DNA of 64,000 nucleotides. Source: an uncultured archaeon (GTDB taxonomy: Archaea > Aenigmatarchaeota > Aenigmatarchaeia > CG10238-14 > SCSR01). The stretch is from assembly GCA_964372485.1 (NCBI GenBank), contig CAYJQI010000001.1:192001-256000 (forward strand), in the 5' to 3' direction. The notes under the pieces are model-generated. The model saw only the letters and a list, made by a program, of their open reading frames with translations, was not told where the DNA came from and made no database searches. Below are positions 53,844-61,168 of this stretch, piece by piece. Within the stretch, counting starts at the first letter, position 1. Every line of letters begins with the position of its first letter. A program made the position numbers and the translations under genes.

Positions 53844-54231
53844 AAAAGAAGAGAAATGGGGAGTTGCGCACATATACAGCACTGCGAATAACACTATAAT
53901 TCATGTTACTGATATTACGGGAAGTGAAACTTTCTCTAGATATTCTGGTGGAATGATGACTGATAAGGATAGAGAACAAGGAATGCCTTTCCCAGCAATG
54001 TTAGCTGCACGAAAAGCCGCTGAGCTAGCTAAAGAAAAGGGATTGACAGGTATACATATCCGTGTTAGAGCCAGAGGAAGTCAATATTCCAAGTCTCCAG
54101 GTATGGGAGCACAACCAGCTATCAGAGCTTTAGCCCGTGCAGGATTAAGAATTGGAACTATAGAAGATACGACCCCGATAACACATGGCGAGTTGCGCAA
54201 GAAAGGCGGAAGATTAGGAAGACGAGTTTAA
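53824..54231 (+). CDS. rps11: Ribosomal protein uS11
   Basis: [34 protein letters not shown]......[30 protein letters not shown]. Confidence 0.9.
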   Translation: MVEQQTKKEEKWGVAHIYSTANNTIIHVTDITGSETFSRYSGGMMTDKDREQGMPFPAMLAARKAAELAKEKGLTGIHIRVRARGSQYSKSPGMGAQPAIRALARAGLRIGTIEDTTPITHGELRKKGGRLGRRV

Positions 54232-54408
54232 GCTCTTTTTTACTTCAAATCGTCTTAATTTACCTTCTTAACGTCAAAACGATATTGATTATCGATTGTT
54301 TGTATCACAACGGTGTTTTGTCCTTCTTTTAATGATCAATCATACTCGCAAAAACCATAATCTTTATATCCCCTATTCTTCTAATTCTTTACAGGGAATT
54401 GTGATTCC

Positions 54409-54618
54409 ATGGGGATATTCAAAGATATAGGTAAGATGGGGCTAGTACTTAGCTTCATTTCGGCCGTTGCATATGAGGTGACAGGAGTAAATTCACTAAA
54501 AGCAATATCCATAGTAATGGGAATATTGTCATTGGTCATTATAACCTCCTATCTTGCGCAAATTAAAGGCATGAGTAAAGCCAGAGATACTTTGATGTAC
54601 CTTAGATTACTAAAATAA
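54409..54618 (+). CDS. Small two-TM membrane protein inserted between rps11 and rpoD
   Basis: 69 aa with hydrophobic segments GLVLSFISAVAYEV and AISIVMGILSLVIITSYLA. Confidence 0.35.
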   Translation: MGIFKDIGKMGLVLSFISAVAYEVTGVNSLKAISIVMGILSLVIITSYLAQIKGMSKARDTLMYLRLLK

Positions 54619-54780
54619 ATTTGTTCTGCATTTTGCACCCTTTTAAAAAGAGGTGAGTATGTGATAGAATGTACGATTTGCGGTGGAAACTTTAATGAAA
54701 CCGATAACACTCAAGTAACTCAACATAAGCATGCTGACGGAGACATAACCTCGCCTAAACAATAGGCATACCTAACGTCA

Positions 54781-54805
54781 GGGTTTGGGGTTTTTTGGTT
54801 TGGGG
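54781..54805 (+). terminator. G/T-rich tract with a T6 run (possible archaeal oligo-T terminator, also G-quadruplex-capable)
   Basis: gggtttggggttttttggtttgggg lies ~60 nt upstream of the rpoD start and downstream of the preceding small ORFs. Confidence 0.3.
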
Positions 54806-54868
54806 TCTCTTTTAGCATAACTTTAAATTAATTGAAAAACCAATTCTACTACTGTTGATTGTGGTTAG

Positions 54869-55627
54869 ATGAAAATAGAGTTAGTTGATCGGTCTGAATC
54901 AGAAGTAAAATTCATTGTCGAAGGAATACAGCCGCCATTTGCAAATGAATTGCGAAGAATAATGGTAGGAGAGATTCCAACAATGGCCATTGAATGGGTA
55001 GATTTTTTAAAGAATGATTCTCCATTGAATGATGAGATTGTTGCTAACCGATTGGGTCAAGTTCCGTTGAAATTTGATGAGAAAGCCTATAACATGACCA
55101 AAGATTGTAAATGCGATGGTAAAGGATGTACTTTATGCCAGGTTAAATTGACTTTGAAGAAGAAAGGACCTGGAATGGTTTATTCGGGGGATTTGAAATC
55201 CAAAGCCAAAGATATTATACCAGTTTTTGACAAGATTCCTGTAACTGAATTATTCAATGATCAGGAAATGGAGTTTGAAGCAATTGCTACTTTGGGATTG
55301 GGTAGAGATCATTCAAAATGGCAAGGGGCAGTTGTTGGATATTCGAGTTTGTTTGAGGCTAAATCTAAATCAGGTGAAGTGAAACTTTGCGCAAATCATC
55401 TCAATCATGTTAAAGATGTTAAAGGAGTTAAGGTGGATCCATCACAATGTGAATTGTGTCAGAATTTGAACAGTAATGGGGATAAATTCACACCACTCGA
55501 TGATAGTTTTCTTTTTGCAGTTGAAAGCGCATCAGGATTGGATGCAGAAGATGTTGTATCTAATTCAGCTGAAATTCTTGAAGAAAAAATAAAAGAGTTT
55601 GACAAGGCAATAAAGAAATTAAAATGA
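54869..55627 (+). CDS. rpoD: DNA-directed RNA polymerase subunit Rpo3 (RpoD)
   Basis: FIVEGIQPPFANELRRIMVGEIPTMAIEWV..NDSPLNDEIVANRLGQVPL. Cys clusters CKCDGKGCTLC and C..x..CELC. Confidence 0.9.
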   Translation: MKIELVDRSESEVKFIVEGIQPPFANELRRIMVGEIPTMAIEWVDFLKNDSPLNDEIVANRLGQVPLKFDEKAYNMTKDCKCDGKGCTLCQVKLTLKKKGPGMVYSGDLKSKAKDIIPVFDKIPVTELFNDQEMEFEAIATLGLGRDHSKWQGAVVGYSSLFEAKSKSGEVKLCANHLNHVKDVKGVKVDPSQCELCQNLNSNGDKFTPLDDSFLFAVESASGLDAEDVVSNSAEILEEKIKEFDKAIKKLK

Positions 55628-55645
55628 ATAATACATAAAATTACT

Positions 55646-55885
55646 ATGCGTCTTCTACTAGAGTATGAAAGAGAGTTTAAAAGAAACGTGCGTTATCTAA
55701 ATCGTGTTTATGACAATGTTTTCAAATTCAACCAACTAATGAATTTCCGAAACGAAAGTGGATTGAGAAACAGATTATCAGATTTTGCATTCTTTCCACT
55801 TGTCTTGTCATATTATACAGTTCTAACTCCTTTAGCGGTAGAAGCCATCCCAGAATCTTTGATAAGAACCATCATTTCCAAATAA
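55646..55885 (+). CDS. Hypothetical protein (may be spurious)
   Basis: 79-aa ORF between rpoD and tRNA-Leu with one hydrophobic stretch. No motif. Confidence 0.25.
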   Translation: MRLLLEYEREFKRNVRYLNRVYDNVFKFNQLMNFRNESGLRNRLSDFAFFPLVLSYYTVLTPLAVEAIPESLIRTIISK

Positions 55886-55916
55886 ATTAAAGCATTCACA
55901 TTCTATAATTACTTAC

Positions 55917-56042
55917 GCAGGGGTCCCATAGCCTGGTCAATTGGGGCGGGCTTAAGTTATCAAACTTAAGATTTGAACAAAAAGATGATATAAGAAATCC
56001 GCTGGCTTAGTGCCTTCGAGAGTTCAAATCTCTCCCCCTGCA
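55917..56042 (+). tRNA. tRNA-Leu(UAA), class II, with a 40-nt intron at the canonical 37/38 position (intron 55957..55996)
   Basis: Acceptor GCAGGGG/CCCCTGC plus discriminator A. Anticodon stem GCGGG/TCCGC. Loop CU-UAA-G|intron|A. Long variable arm TGGCTTAGTGCCTTC. T arm GAGAG-TTCAAAT-CTCTC. Splice motif: helix CTTA/TAAG flanked by 3-nt bulges AGT and AAA plus outer helix TATC/GATA. Confidence 0.85.
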
Positions 56043-56068
56043 TTTATTTTTAATTGTAATATAATATT

Positions 56069-56662
56069 GTGCCAAATTTAGAAGCTGCTCAAGATTACGT
56101 TTTCGAGAGAATGAAAAAGGAATTACCAGCAGATTTATATTATCATGGTATTCATCACACGAAAGATCATGTTTTACCAGCTATCGAAGAATTTTCAAAA
56201 TCGTCTAAAATTGGGGAAGAGGAATTTTTACTCGTTTTCACTGGAGGATTATATCATGATATCGGTTATATAGAACGATATTTTCAAAATGAAACTATTG
56301 GAGCTAGAATTGCTGAGGAGACATTGCCTAAATTTGGTTACCGTCCAGAACAAATAAGAACAATTTTAGGCATTATTCTTGCAACTCAAATTCCTCAAAG
56401 ACCTGCAGGTCTCCTACAACAAATAATGTGTGATGCCGATTTGACATCACTTGGATTATCAAATTTCTTGGAAATAACAGATTCTTTAAGGAGAGAATTT
56501 TTAACATATGGTGTAATAAAACCTATGTCAGACAAAGAATGGTACGAATTCGAACTGAATTTTTTAGAAGGTCATTCTTATTTTACAGATGCTGCTCGAA
56601 GATTGAGAGGAGAAAATAAACAACGCAATATAGAAAATCTAAAGCGTCTTATTGAATCCTAG
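56069..56662 (+). CDS. HD-domain phosphohydrolase
   Basis: YYHGIHHTKDH..GGLYHDIGY (H..HD metal motif). GTG start. Confidence 0.7.
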   Translation: MPNLEAAQDYVFERMKKELPADLYYHGIHHTKDHVLPAIEEFSKSSKIGEEEFLLVFTGGLYHDIGYIERYFQNETIGARIAEETLPKFGYRPEQIRTILGIILATQIPQRPAGLLQQIMCDADLTSLGLSNFLEITDSLRREFLTYGVIKPMSDKEWYEFELNFLEGHSYFTDAARRLRGENKQRNIENLKRLIES

Positions 56663-57015
56663 AATTTCATCAAACTTTCAACAAGCTTTTGTGTTGCTTC
56701 TTGTGAAGTTTCGTCAACAGGCTTGATTATATCTTGAACAAGTCTTTCAATTGTCTTTTTCTTTTCTTCTTCACCGACTGCAACAATTGCTTTCCATGGT
56801 TCTTGAACCATTCCAAGCAATTCATTCATTTTTTGCATTTCTTTCTTTACTTCAATAAGAGCAGTCCATAATTGTGCAGCTTTAACGTCCTCAGCAGAAT
56901 TGTATGCATATCTGTGCTTTTTTGTAGAATTCAAAAGATCCAATAATACGATCTTATCTTCTTCACTTAGATTGCTTTTCCAATCTGCATCCCTTTTGAA
57001 TAAAGCCATAATCAC
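56659..57015 (-). CDS. Hypothetical helical/coiled-coil protein
   Basis: 118-aa ORF whose 3' end overlaps the HD gene's 3' end by 4 nt (convergent). No motif recognised. Confidence 0.4.
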   Translation of the reverse strand: MIMALFKRDADWKSNLSEEDKIVLLDLLNSTKKHRYAYNSAEDVKAAQLWTALIEVKKEMQKMNELLGMVQEPWKAIVAVGEEEKKKTIERLVQDIIKPVDETSQEATQKLVESLMKF

Positions 57016-57088
57016 AGATCGAAAGTAAACTTTAAATCCTTGATGTGGTCATAGAAAGTTTTTAAAACTTTGTGCACAATGTGAATAA

Positions 57089-57754
57089 ATGAAAGACGGC
57101 GATTTTGTCAATTTGGAATTTACAGGACGTGTAAAAGATACAAAAGAGATCTTTGACACGACAAATGAGGAAGTGGCCAAGACTGCAGGAGTGCATGATG
57201 CTAAAGCAGTATACGGTCCAGTACCAATTATAGTTGGTGCCAATCAAACGCTTCCTGGATTAGAAGAAGCTGTAAAAGAAATGAATGTTGGTGAAAAGAA
57301 AACTATCGACATTCCTCCAGAAAAGGCATTTGGTCAAAAAAATTCAGATCTTGTAAAATTAGTTCCCATGTCTTATTTTAAGGAAAGTGACTTGGATCCT
57401 CAACCAGGACGAGTTGTGAACTTGAATGGTGTTCGAGGAAGAATCTTATCAGTCGATGGCGGAAGAGTAAAGTTAGATTTTAATCATCCTCTTGCAGGAA
57501 AAACACTGGAATACGATCTTGAAATAAAAGATGAAATAAAAGAAGTTGATCAAAAAATAAAAGCAACTGTTAGATATTTCACAGGATCAAAAATTGAAGA
57601 TTCGAGTGTTGTAATAAGTGGAAAGGAAGCTTCAATTCAAACAAAACTTGATCTTCCAAAGCAAGCTAAACAATCTATTGCAGATACGATAATGAAATGG
57701 GTTGATGGAATAAGCAAAGTAATTTTCTCTGAAGTGTTCGAAAAGGAAAAATAA
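57089..57754 (+). CDS. FKBP-type peptidyl-prolyl cis-trans isomerase (archaeal long type with insert-in-flap and C-terminal domains)
   Basis: GDFVNLEFTGRVKDTKEIFDTT..PGLEEAVKEMNVGEKKTIDIPPEKAFG..LDFNHPLAGKTLEYDLEI. Confidence 0.85.
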   Translation: MKDGDFVNLEFTGRVKDTKEIFDTTNEEVAKTAGVHDAKAVYGPVPIIVGANQTLPGLEEAVKEMNVGEKKTIDIPPEKAFGQKNSDLVKLVPMSYFKESDLDPQPGRVVNLNGVRGRILSVDGGRVKLDFNHPLAGKTLEYDLEIKDEIKEVDQKIKATVRYFTGSKIEDSSVVISGKEASIQTKLDLPKQAKQSIADTIMKWVDGISKVIFSEVFEKEK

Positions 57755-57793
57755 ACATTTATCTTTACTATCTGTATTAATTATAAGATTTCT

Positions 57794-58891
57794 ATGGGAG
57801 TCAGGCAACTGTCCGAAAGACCGATCAGGATGGATAAAACGAATCCTTACGATGATGAAATTAAAGCGATGCTTGAATCTCGAAGAACCAACATCAAAGT
57901 TGTTGGATGTGGTGGTGCGGGTGGAAATACTATAACAAGATTAATGCAAGTCGGAATTACTGGTGCCGAAACTATTGCTCTTAATACAGATGCCATGGAC
58001 TTGTTGCATACAGAAGCAGACAAGAAGATGGTTATTGGAAAAGAATTAACTCAAGGTCTTGGTGCAGGTGCAAATCCAAGTGTAGGAATGGAATCTGCGA
58101 AAGAAAGCAAGGAAGAAATAAAGAAAATGCTTCAAGGAGCTGATCTGGTTTTTATTACATGTGGTTTAGGTGGTGGGACAGGAACAGGAAGTGCTCCTGT
58201 CGTTGCTGATATCTCAAAGAAGATGGGTGCATTAACAGTTGCAATTGTTACATTGCCATTCGCGATGGAAGGTAGGTCAAGAATGAGTAATGCAAGAGAA
58301 GGTTTGAAGAATCTTGATGGATTGGTTGACACAATAATTGTTATTCCAAATGACAAATTACTTGATATAGTTCCTGATGTTAGCATAACAACAGCTTTCA
58401 AAGTTGCAGACGAAATTCTTGTGAATGCAGTGAAAGGTATAACAGAACTTGTAACAAAACCAGGATTGGTTAATTTAGATTTTGCAGATGTTCGAACTAT
58501 AATGAGAGATGGTGGGGTAGCAATGATTGGAATGGGTGAAAGCAATTCCGAAAATAAAGCATTCGAGTCTGTTGAACGTGCATTAAACAATCCATTACTA
58601 AATGTTGATATTAACGGTGCGAGTGGAGCTTTAATTAATGTTATCGGCGGGCCAGAAATTACAATAAGAGAAGCTCAACAAATAGCAGAGACAATTTCTT
58701 CCAAGCTATCATCTGAAGCTAGAATAATTTGGGGTGTTCAAGTGGACAAATCTCTTGGGGATAGTATACGAACTCTCATAGTTGTTACAGGTGTTAAATC
58801 TTCACAATTATTCAGCCAAGAAAAAGGTGAAAGAACTAGGAAAAAGGACATTGAAAAGATCCTTGGCGTAGACTTTCTTGAAGTAGAATAA
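57794..58891 (+). CDS. ftsZ: Cell-division GTPase FtsZ (canonical)
   Basis: VVGCGGAGGNTI..NTDAMDL..GLGAGANP..ITCGLGGGTGTGSAPVVA..LPFAMEG..IPNDKLL. Confidence 0.95.
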   Translation: MGVRQLSERPIRMDKTNPYDDEIKAMLESRRTNIKVVGCGGAGGNTITRLMQVGITGAETIALNTDAMDLLHTEADKKMVIGKELTQGLGAGANPSVGMESAKESKEEIKKMLQGADLVFITCGLGGGTGTGSAPVVADISKKMGALTVAIVTLPFAMEGRSRMSNAREGLKNLDGLVDTIIVIPNDKLLDIVPDVSITTAFKVADEILVNAVKGITELVTKPGLVNLDFADVRTIMRDGGVAMIGMGESNSENKAFESVERALNNPLLNVDINGASGALINVIGGPEITIREAQQIAETISSKLSSEARIIWGVQVDKSLGDSIRTLIVVTGVKSSQLFSQEKGERTRKKDIEKILGVDFLEVE

Positions 58892-58904
58892 ACTTTAAAT
58901 CTAC

Positions 58905-59093
58905 ATGAAATCTGATGATTTTATGAACATTAAGGAAACTTTGCAAAATTACGTCCGTATTTTGTCTATCGCTAAAAAAGCAGACAAGGCAGAGTATATT
59001 GACACAATTAGAATATGTGCTCTCGGTATTGGAATAGTTGGTGCAATAGGTTTCATGTTCTACCTCATGTCAGCATTAATTGGTGGATTATGA
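58905..59093 (+). CDS. secE: Preprotein translocase subunit SecE (Sec61-gamma)
   Basis: 62 aa with an amphipathic N-terminus and a single C-terminal TM (ICALGIGIVGAIGFMFYLMSALI). Conserved position upstream of spt5. Confidence 0.75.
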   Translation: MKSDDFMNIKETLQNYVRILSIAKKADKAEYIDTIRICALGIGIVGAIGFMFYLMSALIGGL

Positions 59094-59527
59094 TTTACAC
59101 AATCAAAACTGTAGTTGGAAGAGAGAATGTTGTTATTGATGCTATAGTATCAAAATCTCGAGCAGAAAATTTAATGATACAGGCTCTTGTTCATGCAGAA
59201 GAAATCAAAGGATATGTTTTTGTTGAAGGAAACGAAGAAGATGTTGAAAGGGCTGTAAAAGGATTACCTCATTCACGAGGATTAATTAAAAAATCTGTTG
59301 ATGTAAAACAAATAGAACGATTCTTACAACCAAGAAAAGTTGAAGTTGAACTTAACATCGGAGATGTAATTGAAATTATTGGTGGACCATTCAAAGGTGA
59401 GAAAGGAAAGGTTACACGATATGATAAAATAAAAAGAGAATTAACGATGGAACCAACAGAAACTCCAGTACCAATTCCGATAACTGTATCTGTTGAATTC
59501 GTTAAAGTATTGCAGAAGGCGAAGTAA
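59090..59527 (+). CDS. spt5: Transcription elongation factor Spt5 (NusG)
   Basis: The start overlaps the secE stop (ATGA). NGN domain IYTIKTVVGRENVV..GYVFVEG. KOW motif GDVIEIIGGPFKGEKGKV. Confidence 0.85.
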   Translation: MIYTIKTVVGRENVVIDAIVSKSRAENLMIQALVHAEEIKGYVFVEGNEEDVERAVKGLPHSRGLIKKSVDVKQIERFLQPRKVEVELNIGDVIEIIGGPFKGEKGKVTRYDKIKRELTMEPTETPVPIPITVSVEFVKVLQKAK

Positions 59528-59528
59528 T

Positions 59529-59828
59529 ATGGCGAAGAAAGAACCACGAAGTGAAACAGTAAAAATGTTGAAGAAAGAATTGAAGATCGATGTAGCAAAA
59601 ATTACGGACGAAGAAAAGACTGCAGGCAAAACAGTTGTTGCAGATGTTAAGTTTGAACCTATTGTCAAAATTGCGAAGGAAAGAATGGAAAAGATGACTG
59701 TGAAAGATTTGAAAGCTGCTGTAAAAACAGTTCTTGGAACATTGAACAGTATGAATGGAATAATGGTTGAAGGAAAACGACCAAGAGAAATTGCAAAAGA
59801 AATTGACGAAGGTAAAAGAACTATTTAG
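59529..59828 (+). CDS. rpl11: Ribosomal protein uL11, C-terminal (rRNA-binding) domain only; the N-terminal domain is absent
   Basis: MAKKEPRSETVKMLKKELKIDV..GKTVVADVKFEPIVKIAKERMEKM..LKAAVKTVLGTLNSMNGIMVEGKRPREIAKEIDEGK matches only the uL11 linker and CTD. There is no PPVGPALG-type NTD, and the gene starts 1 nt after spt5. Confidence 0.75.
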   Translation: MAKKEPRSETVKMLKKELKIDVAKITDEEKTAGKTVVADVKFEPIVKIAKERMEKMTVKDLKAAVKTVLGTLNSMNGIMVEGKRPREIAKEIDEGKRTI

Positions 59829-60201
59829 TTTTTACTCTATTCTCAACACTTTGACGAACATAACCCATAATAGTTGATATATCCATGTCAGACATAGTTC
59901 TTCGTAATATTTTTCCACCTCTTTTTAAATAACGATCTGTAGTATACAATCCTTCTCGAGTGTGTGTAGGGTTTGTATCATCCAACTCCCATGTTATTTT
60001 ACAACATTCTACAACCGGACCACAATGCATACCTAAAGTTAATTTTAATTTATTTCCTCTTCTTTTAACAGCAAGATAATTGAAGGCTGCTCCATCTCTA
60101 GTTTGAGCTCTATATCCCTCTTGAATTTTCAAGTCGTATAGCTGTTCTAATAAAGGGTTTAGTGCCTGAGGACTTACCTTTCCATTTAACATTCCGATCA
60201 A
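59821..60201 (-). CDS. Hypothetical protein
   Basis: 126-aa ORF filling the gap between rpl11 and tRNA-Ala. Cys/His cluster GMHCGPVVECC. No family recognised. Confidence 0.4.
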   Translation of the reverse strand: MIGMLNGKVSPQALNPLLEQLYDLKIQEGYRAQTRDGAAFNYLAVKRRGNKLKLTLGMHCGPVVECCKITWELDDTNPTHTREGLYTTDRYLKRGGKILRRTMSDMDISTIMGYVRQSVENRVKTK

Positions 60202-60258
60202 CCAAAATTAATTCTATGTCAATATTCTTAAATGCATGTTAAAACTTTCTTTATATAA

Positions 60259-60342
60259 TGGACTGGAGGGGATTTGAACCCCTGACTTCCCACAATCTGG
60301 ATAAAGTGCCATGCGGGCGGTCTACCACTGGCCTACCAGCCC
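60259..60342 (-). tRNA. tRNA-Ala(GGC) with a 12-nt intron at 37/38 (intron 60295..60306)
   Basis: Minus-strand sequence: GGGCTGG..CCAGTCC-A. Acceptor stem carries the G3:U70 Ala identity pair and A73. Anticodon stem CCCGC/GTGGG. Loop AT-GGC-A|CTTTATCCAGAT|T. 5-nt variable loop AAGTC. T arm AGGGG-TTCAAAT-CCCCT. The D stem has one C-A mismatch. Confidence 0.65.
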
Positions 60343-60356
60343 ATAACTAACATATC

Positions 60357-60539
60357 TTATTCTTTCTTATTTACTTTCTTTTTCGTAGGATTAGTCCATT
60401 TTAATTTCTTTTTTTCTCTTCCCATTAGAAAATTTTTTTCGCATTTAGAACGATCAAAATAAAATATCTCACCGTTAGTTCTTATAAACATCTTTCCTGT
60501 TCCTTTAGGAATATTTGAACTGCAAAAAGAGCATTTCAT
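60357..60539 (-). CDS. rpl24e: Ribosomal protein eL24
   Basis: MKCSFCSSNIPKGTGKMFIRTNGEIFYFDRSKCEKNF. Confidence 0.9.
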   Translation of the reverse strand: MKCSFCSSNIPKGTGKMFIRTNGEIFYFDRSKCEKNFLMGREKKKLKWTNPTKKKVNKKE

Positions 60540-60544
60540 TTCAA

Positions 60545-60754
60545 TTACCTTGCTTCCATTCTTCCTGAAGCTTCCATTTCAGTTTCTCTAAGCATCAAAA
60601 CATCTTTGACTTTGACAGGACCAACAACATTTCTAGTTAGAATTTTCCCCCTATCAGGTCCTTCTAACACTCTACATCTTACTTGCATTACTCCTTTAAC
60701 CCCAGTTCTGCCTAACAATTGTAATACTTCCGCAGGAAAAGATTCGCCAGCCAT
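60545..60754 (-). CDS. rps28e: Ribosomal protein eS28
   Basis: [53 protein letters not shown]. Confidence 0.9.
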   Translation of the reverse strand: MAGESFPAEVLQLLGRTGVKGVMQVRCRVLEGPDRGKILTRNVVGPVKVKDVLMLRETEMEASGRMEAR

Positions 60755-60758
60755 GTCA

Positions 60759-61118
60759 TCACTTTGGCATTAGATTTTCAATACCAGAAACAATTTCCTT
60801 CAATAACTCTTTCCCATCTCCGGCTTCAACAATTGATATTGCCGCAGTTGGAACGTCCAACCCAGCAGCTCTTCCAAGTTCTGATTTACTAGGAACATAA
60901 AGATAAGGAATCTTTTTCTCATCACATAATGCTGGAAGATGCATCACAATTTCTTGAGGTTCAACATCAGTAGCTATTACAACAAGTTTCGATTCACCTT
61001 TTTCTATAGACTTTGTACTTTCATTAGTACCTTTTCGAATCTTTCCTGTGTTTTTTGCAGCTTCTACAGCTTGCAGAGCCTTATCGCTCATTTCTTTCGG
61101 TGTCTCAAATTTCGCCAT
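60759..61118 (-). CDS. rpl7ae: Ribosomal protein eL8/L7Ae (kink-turn binding)
   Basis: [61 protein letters not shown]. Confidence 0.9.
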   Translation of the reverse strand: MAKFETPKEMSDKALQAVEAAKNTGKIRKGTNESTKSIEKGESKLVVIATDVEPQEIVMHLPALCDEKKIPYLYVPSKSELGRAAGLDVPTAAISIVEAGDGKELLKEIVSGIENLMPK

Positions 61119-61168
61119 TCATTCACCTCATCCATCTAATTCTATAGTACATGAAATGTTTAAATAGT

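Noticed and set aside
54661-54765. GTG-initiated 34-codon ORF with a C2H2-like Cys/His pattern.
   Set aside because: Not reported as a feature. It is very short, has a non-ATG start, and its C-x2-C-x14-H-x-H spacing is only approximately zinc-finger-like. It is mentioned only within the rps11-rpoD insert finding.
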